Source: an uncultured Acidobacteriia bacterium
GTDB lineage: Bacteria > Acidobacteriota > Terriglobia > Bryobacterales > Bryobacteraceae
Reading direction: 5' to 3'
Assembly (NCBI GenBank): GCA_903875575.1
Contig: CAIQWJ010000022.1
Location: 1,162-65,161 of the forward strand
DNA length: 64,000 nt
Shown: positions 8,404 to 16,253 of the stretch, one piece after another
Numbering within the stretch: the stretch's first letter is position 1
Layout: the number at the start of each line of letters is the position of its first letter
Translations under genes and position numbers: made by a program
The notes under the pieces: generated by a model
The model's database searches: none
The model's input: the letters and a program-made list of their open reading frames with translations, nothing else
What the model was told of the DNA's origin: nothing

Positions 8404-8449
8404 ATGGCCACAGATGCACACAGATGAACACAGATAAGAGCAAAAGCAT
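8404..8449 (+). repeat. 46-bp element with three 10-bp-phased CACAGATG-like units, copy 1
   Basis: atggccacagatgcacacagatgaacac is identical to 11156-11183. The next 18 nt match with 5 mismatches. Internal structure is cacagatgca / cacagatgaa / cacagataag. Confidence 0.7.
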
Positions 8450-9425
8450 GAGTTTACACAGACCTGTTTCGCGGCGACAGGCTTTGCTGGCAGTGGCTGC
8501 GGGGGCCGGCCTGGTGCGATGCTCGCGTTCCGTGCAGGTGGCGCAGAAGTTTCCTGTCAGTAATGTTTCGATTGTGAAGGCGGCCGGTTACACGCAGGAC
8601 GTTTACGACTCCGTTTACCGGATGATTTCCGGTCACAACCTGGAGGTGCGCGGCAAGCGAATCGTGCTGAAGCCCAATCTGGTGGAATACGACGCGAACA
8701 CCGCGATCAACACGCATCCCATGATTGTGCATGCGACGTTCGAGGCCTTCAAAAAGCTGGGGGCGGGCGACGTCCGGATTGCGGAAGGGCCGGGACACCG
8801 GAGAGGGACACTGGATCTGGCGGATGCCGCGGGATACTTCAGCACGGTGGCTAAGTTTGAAGATTCGTTTACGGACCTGAATACGGATAACGTGGCAAAG
8901 CGCGCAATTCCGAATCCTGTTTCGAAGCTGAGTTCGCTGTATTTGCCGCACACTGTGCTCGATTGCGATCTGCTGGTCTCGGTGGCGAAAATGAAGACGC
9001 ACCACTGGGCCGGGGCGACTCTTTCGATGAAGAATCTGTTCGGGCTGGTGCCGGGGGCGGTTTACGGCTGGCCGAAGAACGTGCTGCACTGGGCCGGGAT
9101 TAACGAATCGATTGTCGATCTGCATCATTTGTTCCCGAAGCAGTTTGCCGTTGTGGACGGGATTGTGGGGATGGAAGGGAACGGGCCGATTCAGGGCACT
9201 CCGAAATATGCGGGCGTGCTGGTAGCGGGCAGCGATCCGGCGGGTGTGGATGCGACGTGCTGCCGGGTGATGGGGATTGATCCGAAGCAGATCAGTTACC
9301 TTCAGATGGCGCGTGGGGAAGAGAATTTGGGCGAGGCGGCGTTCCGGCAGACCGGGGAGAATATTCGGGACGTGCGGACGAACTTCCAGCTTGTGGATGA
9401 GTGGAAGCAGATTCGTGCGGTCTGA
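8448..9425 (+). CDS. DUF362 domain protein with Tat-type signal
   Basis: SRRQALLAVAAGAGL looks like a twin-arginine signal. IVLKPNLV, KTHHWAGATLSMKNLFGLVPG and DGIVGMEGNGP are DUF362-like. The ORF-track start at 8424 lies inside the repeat, so ATG 8448 (MSLHRPVSRRQ) is preferred. Confidence 0.75.
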   Translation: MSLHRPVSRRQALLAVAAGAGLVRCSRSVQVAQKFPVSNVSIVKAAGYTQDVYDSVYRMISGHNLEVRGKRIVLKPNLVEYDANTAINTHPMIVHATFEAFKKLGAGDVRIAEGPGHRRGTLDLADAAGYFSTVAKFEDSFTDLNTDNVAKRAIPNPVSKLSSLYLPHTVLDCDLLVSVAKMKTHHWAGATLSMKNLFGLVPGAVYGWPKNVLHWAGINESIVDLHHLFPKQFAVVDGIVGMEGNGPIQGTPKYAGVLVAGSDPAGVDATCCRVMGIDPKQISYLQMARGEENLGEAAFRQTGENIRDVRTNFQLVDEWKQIRAV

Positions 9426-9429
9426 AACC

Positions 9430-10266
9430 TTAGTTCAGGACGTCTTTCAGGGTGCGGGCTTCCAGAAGGCGCATGGCGACCTGTTCGAGTTTCGCGGACG
9501 GGAAGGACTGAATGCGCTTCCGGACGGACACCGGCACCGGGCCGAAACGCTGTTTGAGCATACGCAGGATTAACTGGCGTTCGCCTTCTTCACGGCCTTC
9601 TTCGCGCCCTTGTTCGAGGCCGATTTCGAGACTCTTCCTGATTTTGGGTCCGAAAAGCGGGTGATCCATGATGTCTTCCAAGATCGGCATTTGTTTTGTC
9701 TCCTGACCAACCATCGGGGCCAGATTCCTCAGCCCGGCCAACACCGTCAATTCCCTGAGCGCCAATTCCCGGCGCTGAGGAGTGCACTTCGCGATACGCC
9801 GCAGTATCCGGCGAATCGCCGCGCGTTCGTCCCGCAGGCGCGCCAGAACTGCAATTACATTATCCTCCACATTGCGGCCCGCGATCAACTCGTCGCCATC
9901 GAGATCACGGATGTCGATCATGCGGCAACGGAAGGCCCACTCGCGGCTCTTGATCTCCGATCTCATGCGCAGTTTTTCACGGCCCACGTAAAGGACCACC
10001 TGTTCGGGAAGTTGACCAAACTGCAGGTTCATGGCGGCGGCGTATTCCAGCATGCGGGTGGCCATGGCTGGGTCGTTGGTGCTCTGGAGTTCAATGTGAA
10101 GCAGGTGGCCGTCTGTGGTCTCACCGAGCAGATCGACGCGTCGGGTGTGAGCGACTACAAGTTCAGTGTCACGCCAGCGTTTGACCCGGTAGCCGGTCAG
10201 GCGGAAGAGGGCTCTGCCGGTCAGATGCCGGAGGATGCTCTTGAGGGCAATGTCGTAATCGTGCAT
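9430..10266 (-). CDS. Rpn family recombination-promoting nuclease / putative transposase (PD-(D/E)XK) with DUF4351-like C-terminus
   Basis: RRVDLLGETTDGHLLHIELQS matches the D...E-x-Q nuclease core of YhgA/Rpn proteins. The C-terminus EQGREEGREEGERQLILRMLKQRFGPVP...LEQVAMRLL is DUF4351-like. The start is taken at MHDYDIALKS (ATG 10266), because the longer track ORF is upstream read-through. Confidence 0.75.
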   Translation of the reverse strand: MHDYDIALKSILRHLTGRALFRLTGYRVKRWRDTELVVAHTRRVDLLGETTDGHLLHIELQSTNDPAMATRMLEYAAAMNLQFGQLPEQVVLYVGREKLRMRSEIKSREWAFRCRMIDIRDLDGDELIAGRNVEDNVIAVLARLRDERAAIRRILRRIAKCTPQRRELALRELTVLAGLRNLAPMVGQETKQMPILEDIMDHPLFGPKIRKSLEIGLEQGREEGREEGERQLILRMLKQRFGPVPVSVRKRIQSFPSAKLEQVAMRLLEARTLKDVLN

Positions 10267-10457
10267 GCGTGACGGGTACGAGATAGAAGTGCGCGGGACG
10301 GCGGATATTCTCAGAAATGTTTGTGCGAGGGAACGCAGGCAGGGGCGTTGCTGTCGATTTGCCGGGAAAATTTCCTTTATTATCAGTTGTTTGATGGGGT
10401 AGTGCACCGGTTTCGGGCTGGCGGCGTTGTAACTTGCAAGCGGGAGATGTACACGGG

Positions 10458-11141
10458 ATGGCAAATATTTCAAGGCCGGACGCGGGATGCGGACCGGGAC
10501 AAACGCCGTTGCGCTTTGAGATCGATTTTTTGGAGAAGCACGATGCGGAAAGTATTGTTGGGGAATTGAAACGGGTTGCCGACTTACTGGGGACGACCAC
10601 GCTGACGGCCAAAGACCTTGAGAAGCACGGGCGGGCGAAGTATCACGCGGTGCGGAATCAGTTCGGGTCGCTGCGGAAGGCGCTGGATGCGGCCGGGCTG
10701 AAGTCCACGCGATTTGTCGGCGGGAGCGACGAGGAGATTCTGCAACTGGTGCGGAATCTGTGGGTAGCGACGCTGCGGGATCACGGCAGACGACCGCGCA
10801 CGCTGGATGTGGGGAAGTACGGGCTGCCGATTGCGGCGGCGACGGTTATTGCACGATTCGGGACGTGGAAGCGGGCGCTGATTTTGGCAGCTCAGTCGGA
10901 TGCGGGTGGGCCGGTCTCGGAACGGACGGCGCCTAGGCCGAGGCGGCGGCTGGTTTCGGCGCATCATCGTTATCTGGTTTTTAAGCGCGATTTGTATCGT
11001 TGCCGGATTTGTCAGCGCGCGGGCGTAGAGATTGAAGTGGATCATATTGTTCCGCTGAGTCAGGGCGGGGCGGACAACATGGATAATCTGCAGACCCTTT
11101 GCCGGGATTGCAATCGGGGGAAGGGAGGATCGCTGCAGTGA
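10458..11141 (+). CDS. HNH endonuclease with N-terminal homing-endonuclease-associated repeats
   Basis: C-terminal HNH motif CRICQRAGVEIEVDHIVPLSQGGADNMDNLQTLCRDCNRGKG. Two N-terminal repeats (HGRAKYHAVRNQFGSLRKALDAAGL and GLPIAAATVIARFGTWKRALILA). ATG 10458 is preceded by GGGAG; alternative TTG at 10434. Confidence 0.8.
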   Translation: MANISRPDAGCGPGQTPLRFEIDFLEKHDAESIVGELKRVADLLGTTTLTAKDLEKHGRAKYHAVRNQFGSLRKALDAAGLKSTRFVGGSDEEILQLVRNLWVATLRDHGRRPRTLDVGKYGLPIAAATVIARFGTWKRALILAAQSDAGGPVSERTAPRPRRRLVSAHHRYLVFKRDLYRCRICQRAGVEIEVDHIVPLSQGGADNMDNLQTLCRDCNRGKGGSLQ

Positions 11142-11155
11142 CGTTGGGAAGGAAT

Positions 11156-11201
11156 ATGGCCACAGATGCACACAGATGAACACGGATAAAGGCAACGGCA
11201 T
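11156..11201 (+). repeat. 46-bp element with three 10-bp-phased CACAGATG-like units, copy 2
   Basis: Direct repeat of 8404-8449 (28/28 identical, then 13/18). Ends 12 nt before the ATG at 11213. Confidence 0.7.
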
Positions 11202-11212
11202 AAGATACTGTC

Positions 11213-12472
11213 ATGCGGTTGTGGTTCTTGTTTGGGTTGGTGGTTGTCGGCGCGGGTGCTGCGATTGATGTGGATTTGCGGATTGCTCCGGACCATCCCG
11301 CGATTGAGTATTTCAAGGCCGCTGCCGACGATCCGGTGGCGCGGCTGGCCCGGCGTGTCGGGAGCGGCGAGGTGAAGCTGGACTACGTGCCAGGCCGTTT
11401 GGGCTATTTGCCGAGTCTGCTGAAGAACCTTGGTATCAATGTGGATTCGCAGATGCTGGTGTTTTCGAAGACGAGCTTTCAGGCTCCTTTGATTTCGCCA
11501 CGCGCGCCTCGGGCGATCTTTTTCAATGACTCGGTGTCAGTGGGATCCGTGAAGGGCGGGGAAGTGCTGGAACTCGCGGCGCTCGATCCGAAGCAGGGCG
11601 TGGTGTTTTATACCCTCAACGTGGAGAAGGCCGCGAAGCCACAGTTTGTGCGTCGGGATGTTTGCCTGCAGTGCCATCAGGGGCCGGCGACGTTGGGGGT
11701 GCCAGGGCTTGAGGTGGGGTCGTCTTATCCGGGACCGGATGGGACGCCGACGTTTCACTCGGGGTTCACGGCCGTGGATCACCGGATTCCATTAGAGCAG
11801 CGATGGGGCGGGTGGTATGTGATCGGGAAGACCGGGGCGCAGAAACATTTGGGGAATGCGGTGGCGCGGGATGCGATGAATCCGAAGGAGCTGGATACGT
11901 CGGCTTCGCTGAATCTGGTGAGTCTGGCGGGGAAGTTCGATCCTTCGGGCTATGCGGCACAGACCAGCGATATTGTGGCACTGATGGTGCTGGAGCACCA
12001 GACTCGCATGACGAACCTGATTGTGCGTGTGGGCTGGGAGACGCGGGTGGCGGAGCGCGACGGGAAGATGGCGGAGGCGCGGGACCGGCTGGAGGCGGGG
12101 ATCGAGGAGTTGGTGGCTTACATGGTGTTTGCCGAGGAAGCGCCATTGACGGAGCCGGTGGAGGGAGTTTCGACGTTCACGCGTTCGTTCGCTCAGCGGG
12201 GGCCGCGGGATTCGCAGGGGCGGTCGCTGCGGGATTTCGATCTGAAGACGCGGATGTTCCGGTATCCGCTGAGCTATATGATTTACAGCGAGGCGTTTGA
12301 CGGGATGCCGGATTGGGCGCGGGAGCGGGTTTACCGGCGGTTGTATGAGGTGCTGACGGGGGCGGAGACGGGCTCGCGCTATGCGCGGATCTCGGCGGGA
12401 GATCGGCGGGCGGTGCTGGCGATTGTGCGGGCGACGAAGAACGGGTTGCCGGGGTATTGGGGGACGAGATGA
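11213..12472 (+). CDS. hypothetical exported protein with a single CxxCH motif
   Basis: N-terminal hydrophobic signal MRLWFLFGLVVVGAGAA. CLQCH at nt 11663-11677. G/C-biased third codon positions. No family recognised. Confidence 0.55.
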   Translation: MRLWFLFGLVVVGAGAAIDVDLRIAPDHPAIEYFKAAADDPVARLARRVGSGEVKLDYVPGRLGYLPSLLKNLGINVDSQMLVFSKTSFQAPLISPRAPRAIFFNDSVSVGSVKGGEVLELAALDPKQGVVFYTLNVEKAAKPQFVRRDVCLQCHQGPATLGVPGLEVGSSYPGPDGTPTFHSGFTAVDHRIPLEQRWGGWYVIGKTGAQKHLGNAVARDAMNPKELDTSASLNLVSLAGKFDPSGYAAQTSDIVALMVLEHQTRMTNLIVRVGWETRVAERDGKMAEARDRLEAGIEELVAYMVFAEEAPLTEPVEGVSTFTRSFAQRGPRDSQGRSLRDFDLKTRMFRYPLSYMIYSEAFDGMPDWARERVYRRLYEVLTGAETGSRYARISAGDRRAVLAIVRATKNGLPGYWGTR

Positions 12473-13251
12473 AAAAGGGAATCGCTGTTGCCATTGGTTG
12501 TTTGATAGCGGGGAGTTGCCGGATGGGGGCTCAGAGTGCACCTGGGTTCACCGCTTTGGTGAATGAGTATTACGGGTGTGATCCCGCGGTTGCGTCGGCT
12601 GGCGCCGAGGGTTGCCCTGCGCGGACGACGAACACCAGCTATGTGGATCCCCTGATAGGAACAGCCAAGACGACCGCCACGACGACTTCCACATTAACAA
12701 CGATCATGAAGACAGACGGGACGCAGGTGCAGATTTTTCCGGAGTTGAAGGCTTATTTCGGCCTGAAGCTGAATGTGAATCCGGCGATGGCGGCTCAGAG
12801 CAGTGCCAATTGCACGCAACCGGGGGCGACGCTGCTTGGTACGGAGAAGATCCTCGGAGTAGAGACTTACAAGTATCGGCGCGGTACGGTTGAGCCGGGC
12901 AAGGCCGAATCGGACGGAAACGACGGGACTGTTACCTGGCTGGCTCCGTCACTGAATTGTTTTACATTGCGCGGTGAGTTTCATTTCCAGCAATCGCCTA
13001 CGACGTTTCAGATTGCAAGTAATGTGGCGCTGGGCAAGCCGCCCGCATCGGCCTTTGCGCCTCCCGAGGGATACGTGGAGATGTCGCCGATGGAGATTCA
13101 GCACAAGATATTCGTCATCAATATGCAGCGCGCGAATTCTACAACGTCGGCGGATCAGGCGGAGGCGGCGTGGACTAAGTCCTGGTCTTCAAACATCGGG
13201 GCGCAGCGCATGGATGCGATGTGGCATAAGCAGCACGACGCGGCGCAGTAG
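12469..13251 (+). CDS. hypothetical exported protein
   Basis: ATGA overlap with the upstream gene. Signal-like N-terminus MKKGIAVAIGCLIAGSCRMGAQS. No family recognised. Confidence 0.5.
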   Translation: MKKGIAVAIGCLIAGSCRMGAQSAPGFTALVNEYYGCDPAVASAGAEGCPARTTNTSYVDPLIGTAKTTATTTSTLTTIMKTDGTQVQIFPELKAYFGLKLNVNPAMAAQSSANCTQPGATLLGTEKILGVETYKYRRGTVEPGKAESDGNDGTVTWLAPSLNCFTLRGEFHFQQSPTTFQIASNVALGKPPASAFAPPEGYVEMSPMEIQHKIFVINMQRANSTTSADQAEAAWTKSWSSNIGAQRMDAMWHKQHDAAQ

Positions 13252-13261
13252 CGGCTTCGTG

Positions 13262-14260
13262 CTACCAGCGGAGGAGGAGTTTGCCGATGTTGGTGCCGCT
13301 TTCCATGAGACCGTGCGCTGCGGCGGCTTCGTTCGCGGGAAAGACTTCGTGGATGATCGGGCGGACTCTGCCTGCTGCGATGAGCGGCCATACGACTTCG
13401 TGGAGGCGGGCGGCTATCGCGGTCTTGAAGGCCACGGGGCGAACGCGAAGTGTGGAACCGGTGATAGTGAGGCGGCGTCGCATGATCTTCATGAGGTCAA
13501 CCGTGGCTATGGTGCCGCCGAGACTGGCGATGATGGCGAGGCGGCCGCCTTCCGCCAGTGCATCTAATTCGCGGGGGACATAGTCGCCTGCGACCATGTC
13601 GAGGATCACGTCGACACCACGGTTGCTGGTGAGGGCTTTGATGCGCTCGACAAAATCTTCCGTTTTGTAATTGATGGCTGTTGCGCCGAGGGTTTCGCAG
13701 GCGCTGCACTTTTCCGCGCTGCCTGCTGTTGCGAATACCGGATGGCCGAGGGCGTGTGCGATCTGGATTGCCGCTACGCCGATGCCACTGGAACCTCCTT
13801 GTATGAGCAGGCTTTCCTGCGGGCCGCCTTCACCTTGCCCCAGGCGCGCGCGGTCGAAGACGTTACTCCAGACGGTGAAGAAAGTTTCGGGGAGGGCGGC
13901 TGCGTCGAGCAGGCTGACGCTTTGCGGGATGGGGAGGCATTGGCCGAGCGGCGCTACAGCGTATTCGGCATAGCCGCCACCGGCGAGGAGTGCGCAGACT
14001 TCGTCGCCTTGCTTGAGGTTGAAGGGATTGGCGGCGGAGAAGTCGCCTTCGACGATGGTGCCGGAGACTTCGAGGCCGGGGAGCAGCGACGCGCCGGGCG
14101 GGGGCGGATAGTTGCCTTTGCGCTGGAGGACGTCTGGCCGGTTGACGCCGCTTGCTGCGACTTTGATGAGGACTTCGCCGGGTCCGGGCTGCGGGGTGGG
14201 ATAGTCGGTGAGTTGGAGAACCTCGGGGCCGCCGGGGCGCATTATTTCGATGGCTCTCAT
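13262..14260 (-). CDS. NAD(P)H:quinone oxidoreductase (zeta-crystallin/PIG3-type medium-chain dehydrogenase)
   Basis: MRAIEIMRPGGPEVLQL...GEVLIKVAASGVNRPDVLQRKGNYPPPPGAS...GGSSGIGVAAIQIA. The start ATG at 14260 overlaps the lpxD stop (ATGA). Confidence 0.85.
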   Translation of the reverse strand: MRAIEIMRPGGPEVLQLTDYPTPQPGPGEVLIKVAASGVNRPDVLQRKGNYPPPPGASLLPGLEVSGTIVEGDFSAANPFNLKQGDEVCALLAGGGYAEYAVAPLGQCLPIPQSVSLLDAAALPETFFTVWSNVFDRARLGQGEGGPQESLLIQGGSSGIGVAAIQIAHALGHPVFATAGSAEKCSACETLGATAINYKTEDFVERIKALTSNRGVDVILDMVAGDYVPRELDALAEGGRLAIIASLGGTIATVDLMKIMRRRLTITGSTLRVRPVAFKTAIAARLHEVVWPLIAAGRVRPIIHEVFPANEAAAAHGLMESGTNIGKLLLRW

Positions 14261-15243
14261 GATTTTTTCGCCAGACGGGCTACGGTTGCGAGTTGTTTGA
14301 GGTATTGGCGCAGAGGGCGTGCGGGTGTGCCCCACACTGGCTCGCCGGCGCGGACGATTTTTGAGGATAAGATGCCGGCACCGGAACCGATTATCGCTTT
14401 GGATTCGATGCGGGCTTTATCGCCGACGCCGACCTGGCCGCCGATTACGGCGTAGTCGCCCACGGTGACGCCTCCGGCGAGGCCGGTCTGGGCCACGATC
14501 AGGACGTGCTCGCCAATGCGGCAGTTATGGCCGATGTGGACCATGTTGTCGAGCTTGGTGCCGTCGCCGATGAAGGTGGTGCCGAGAGTGGCGCGATCGA
14601 TGCAGGAGTTGGCACCGACTTCGACATCATCACCGATCTGAATGCGGCCGACTTGCGGCACCTTGCGATAAGAGGTACCTGCGAGTTCAAAGCCGAAGCC
14701 ATCGGCACCGATGACTGCGCCCGAATGGATAACCGCGCGGGCACCGATGTGGACTCGTCCGTAGATGGAGACGCGGGCGTGGAGCAGCGAGTGATCGCCG
14801 ATGGTGGATTCGTTGCCTATTGAGGTGGAGGCTCCGATACGGACATGCGCGCCGATGGTGGCGTGGCTGCCGATGGCGACGAAGGGGCCGATTTCGGCGG
14901 TCGGGTCAATGGCGGCGCTCGGGTGGATGACGGCGCTGGGGTGAATGCCGGGGTGGATGGGAGGAGCGGGGTAGAGCAGGGCGAGGGCTTGCGCGAAGTG
15001 GTTGCGGGGATGGGCGGATTCGATAACAGTGCGATCGCTGGCGGCGGGAAAGTCATGAGGGGCGATGAAGCAGCCAGCGTCGGAATCGAGGCCCGCTTCG
15101 AAGTATTTGGGGGCGGAGATGAAGGTGAGGTCGTCGGGTCCGGCGTCTTCGAGGGAGGCTGCGGCGGTGATCTGGCGGTTGCCGTTGCCGCGGAGACGGA
15201 GGCCGAGGCGGGCGGCGAGTTCGGAGGCGGAGATGGCGGGCAT
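14257..15243 (-). CDS. lpxD: UDP-3-O-acylglucosamine N-acyltransferase
   Basis: The N-terminal LpxD domain (ELAARLGLRLRGNG...ITAAASLEDAGPDDLTFISAPKY) is followed by long left-handed beta-helix hexapeptide repeats. Confidence 0.9.
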   Translation of the reverse strand: MPAISASELAARLGLRLRGNGNRQITAAASLEDAGPDDLTFISAPKYFEAGLDSDAGCFIAPHDFPAASDRTVIESAHPRNHFAQALALLYPAPPIHPGIHPSAVIHPSAAIDPTAEIGPFVAIGSHATIGAHVRIGASTSIGNESTIGDHSLLHARVSIYGRVHIGARAVIHSGAVIGADGFGFELAGTSYRKVPQVGRIQIGDDVEVGANSCIDRATLGTTFIGDGTKLDNMVHIGHNCRIGEHVLIVAQTGLAGGVTVGDYAVIGGQVGVGDKARIESKAIIGSGAGILSSKIVRAGEPVWGTPARPLRQYLKQLATVARLAKKS

Positions 15244-15247
15244 GGTT

Positions 15248-15270
15248 CTATCTTCGCAAGGCGAAGATAG
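15248..15270. promoter_or_regulatory. perfect 10-bp stem / 3-nt loop hairpin 4 nt upstream of the lpxD start codon
   Basis: ctatcttcgc-aag-gcgaagatag. On the lpxD (minus) strand it covers the region where an RBS would lie. It sits in the divergent intergenic region between lpxD and the 15366 gene. Confidence 0.5.
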
Positions 15271-15307
15271 AGCTTTCAGCTATCAGCGGTCAGCTGTCAG
15301 CTTTTTT
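15271..15307. repeat. tandem CAGCNNT heptamer element, copy 2
   Basis: agcttt cagctat cagcggt cagctgt cagcttt ttt. Same heptamer family as 7360-7405. Confidence 0.55.
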
Positions 15308-15365
15308 GCCCCCCTGTGGGGCTGCGTTTGTCGGGGATTGGTCAATCCTGATACGCTGTAGGGCG

Positions 15366-16253
15366 ATGATGACCAACTTTACTCGTCGTGAATGGATGAA
15401 GACGGCAGGGGTGGCCGCGGCCGCTCTGGCTGGTTCCGGGCTGGAGGCTGCGATGCCTCGTCCTCTGGGGGCGCAGCTTTACACGGTGCGCAATATTCTG
15501 ATGAAAGAGCCGGATCGCGTGTTTAAGACGCTGGCTGAGATCGGGTATACGGAAGTGGAGGGGAACCGGGCGGATCTGGTGGAGTTGCTGCCGAAGATCA
15601 AGCAGTACGGGCTGAAGCCGGTCTCCTGTCATATTGAGACGGCGCTGATTACGAACGCGTGGGATAAGTATCCGGACCAGAAACCGATGAAGCTGGAGGA
15701 TGCGATCGATACGGCGAAAAAGGTTGGCGTAGAGTATTTCACGCTGGCATACATTGCGCCGAATGCGCGTGGGGAAGGGCTGGATTTTTATCGGAAGACC
15801 GCCGACAGCATGAATCATGCGGGCGAGTTGTGTAAGAAGGCCGGGATGGGCTTCGCTTATCATAATCACGCTTACGAGTTTGCCGGGAAGGTGGGGGAGC
15901 GTCCGATTGACGTGTTCTTCGAACGGCTGGATAAGAAGCTGGTGGCAATGGAACTGGATGTGTTCTGGCTGTCAGTGGCGGGCGAGGATCCGGTGGCTGC
16001 GCTGGCGAAGTGGAAGGGGCGGGTGGCGCTACTGCATCTGAAAGATAAGGCGAAGGACGCGCCGCATCAGTTTGCCGAGAATATGCCGAAGGAAGCGTTT
16101 CAGGAAGTCGGGAACGGATCGATCGACTTCAAGGCTGTGTTGAAGGCTGCGCCGGGTGCCGGCGTGAAGCATTATGTGGTTGAGCAGGATCAGACGCCGG
16201 GGGATCCGCTGGAGAGTCTGCGGAAAAGCTTCGCGTATCTGAAGACGATGTGA
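15366..16253 (+). CDS. sugar phosphate isomerase/epimerase (xylose-isomerase-like TIM barrel), Tat-exported
   Basis: Twin-arginine-like signal MMTNFTRREWMKTAGVAAAALAGSG. TIM-barrel AP-endonuclease-2-type motifs (YHNHAYEF, LHLKD). The track ORF start at 15306 is read-through. Confidence 0.8.
   Translation: MMTNFTRREWMKTAGVAAAALAGSGLEAAMPRPLGAQLYTVRNILMKEPDRVFKTLAEIGYTEVEGNRADLVELLPKIKQYGLKPVSCHIETALITNAWDKYPDQKPMKLEDAIDTAKKVGVEYFTLAYIAPNARGEGLDFYRKTADSMNHAGELCKKAGMGFAYHNHAYEFAGKVGERPIDVFFERLDKKLVAMELDVFWLSVAGEDPVAALAKWKGRVALLHLKDKAKDAPHQFAENMPKEAFQEVGNGSIDFKAVLKAAPGAGVKHYVVEQDQTPGDPLESLRKSFAYLKTM

Noticed and set aside
10458-11141. The HNH protein as an IscB/Cas9-like RNA-guided nuclease with an adjacent guide RNA.
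   Set aside because: It is only ~227 aa, with no RuvC segments or bridge helix. Its N-terminus consists of homing-endonuclease-associated repeats, and no long structured intergenic RNA lies nearby.
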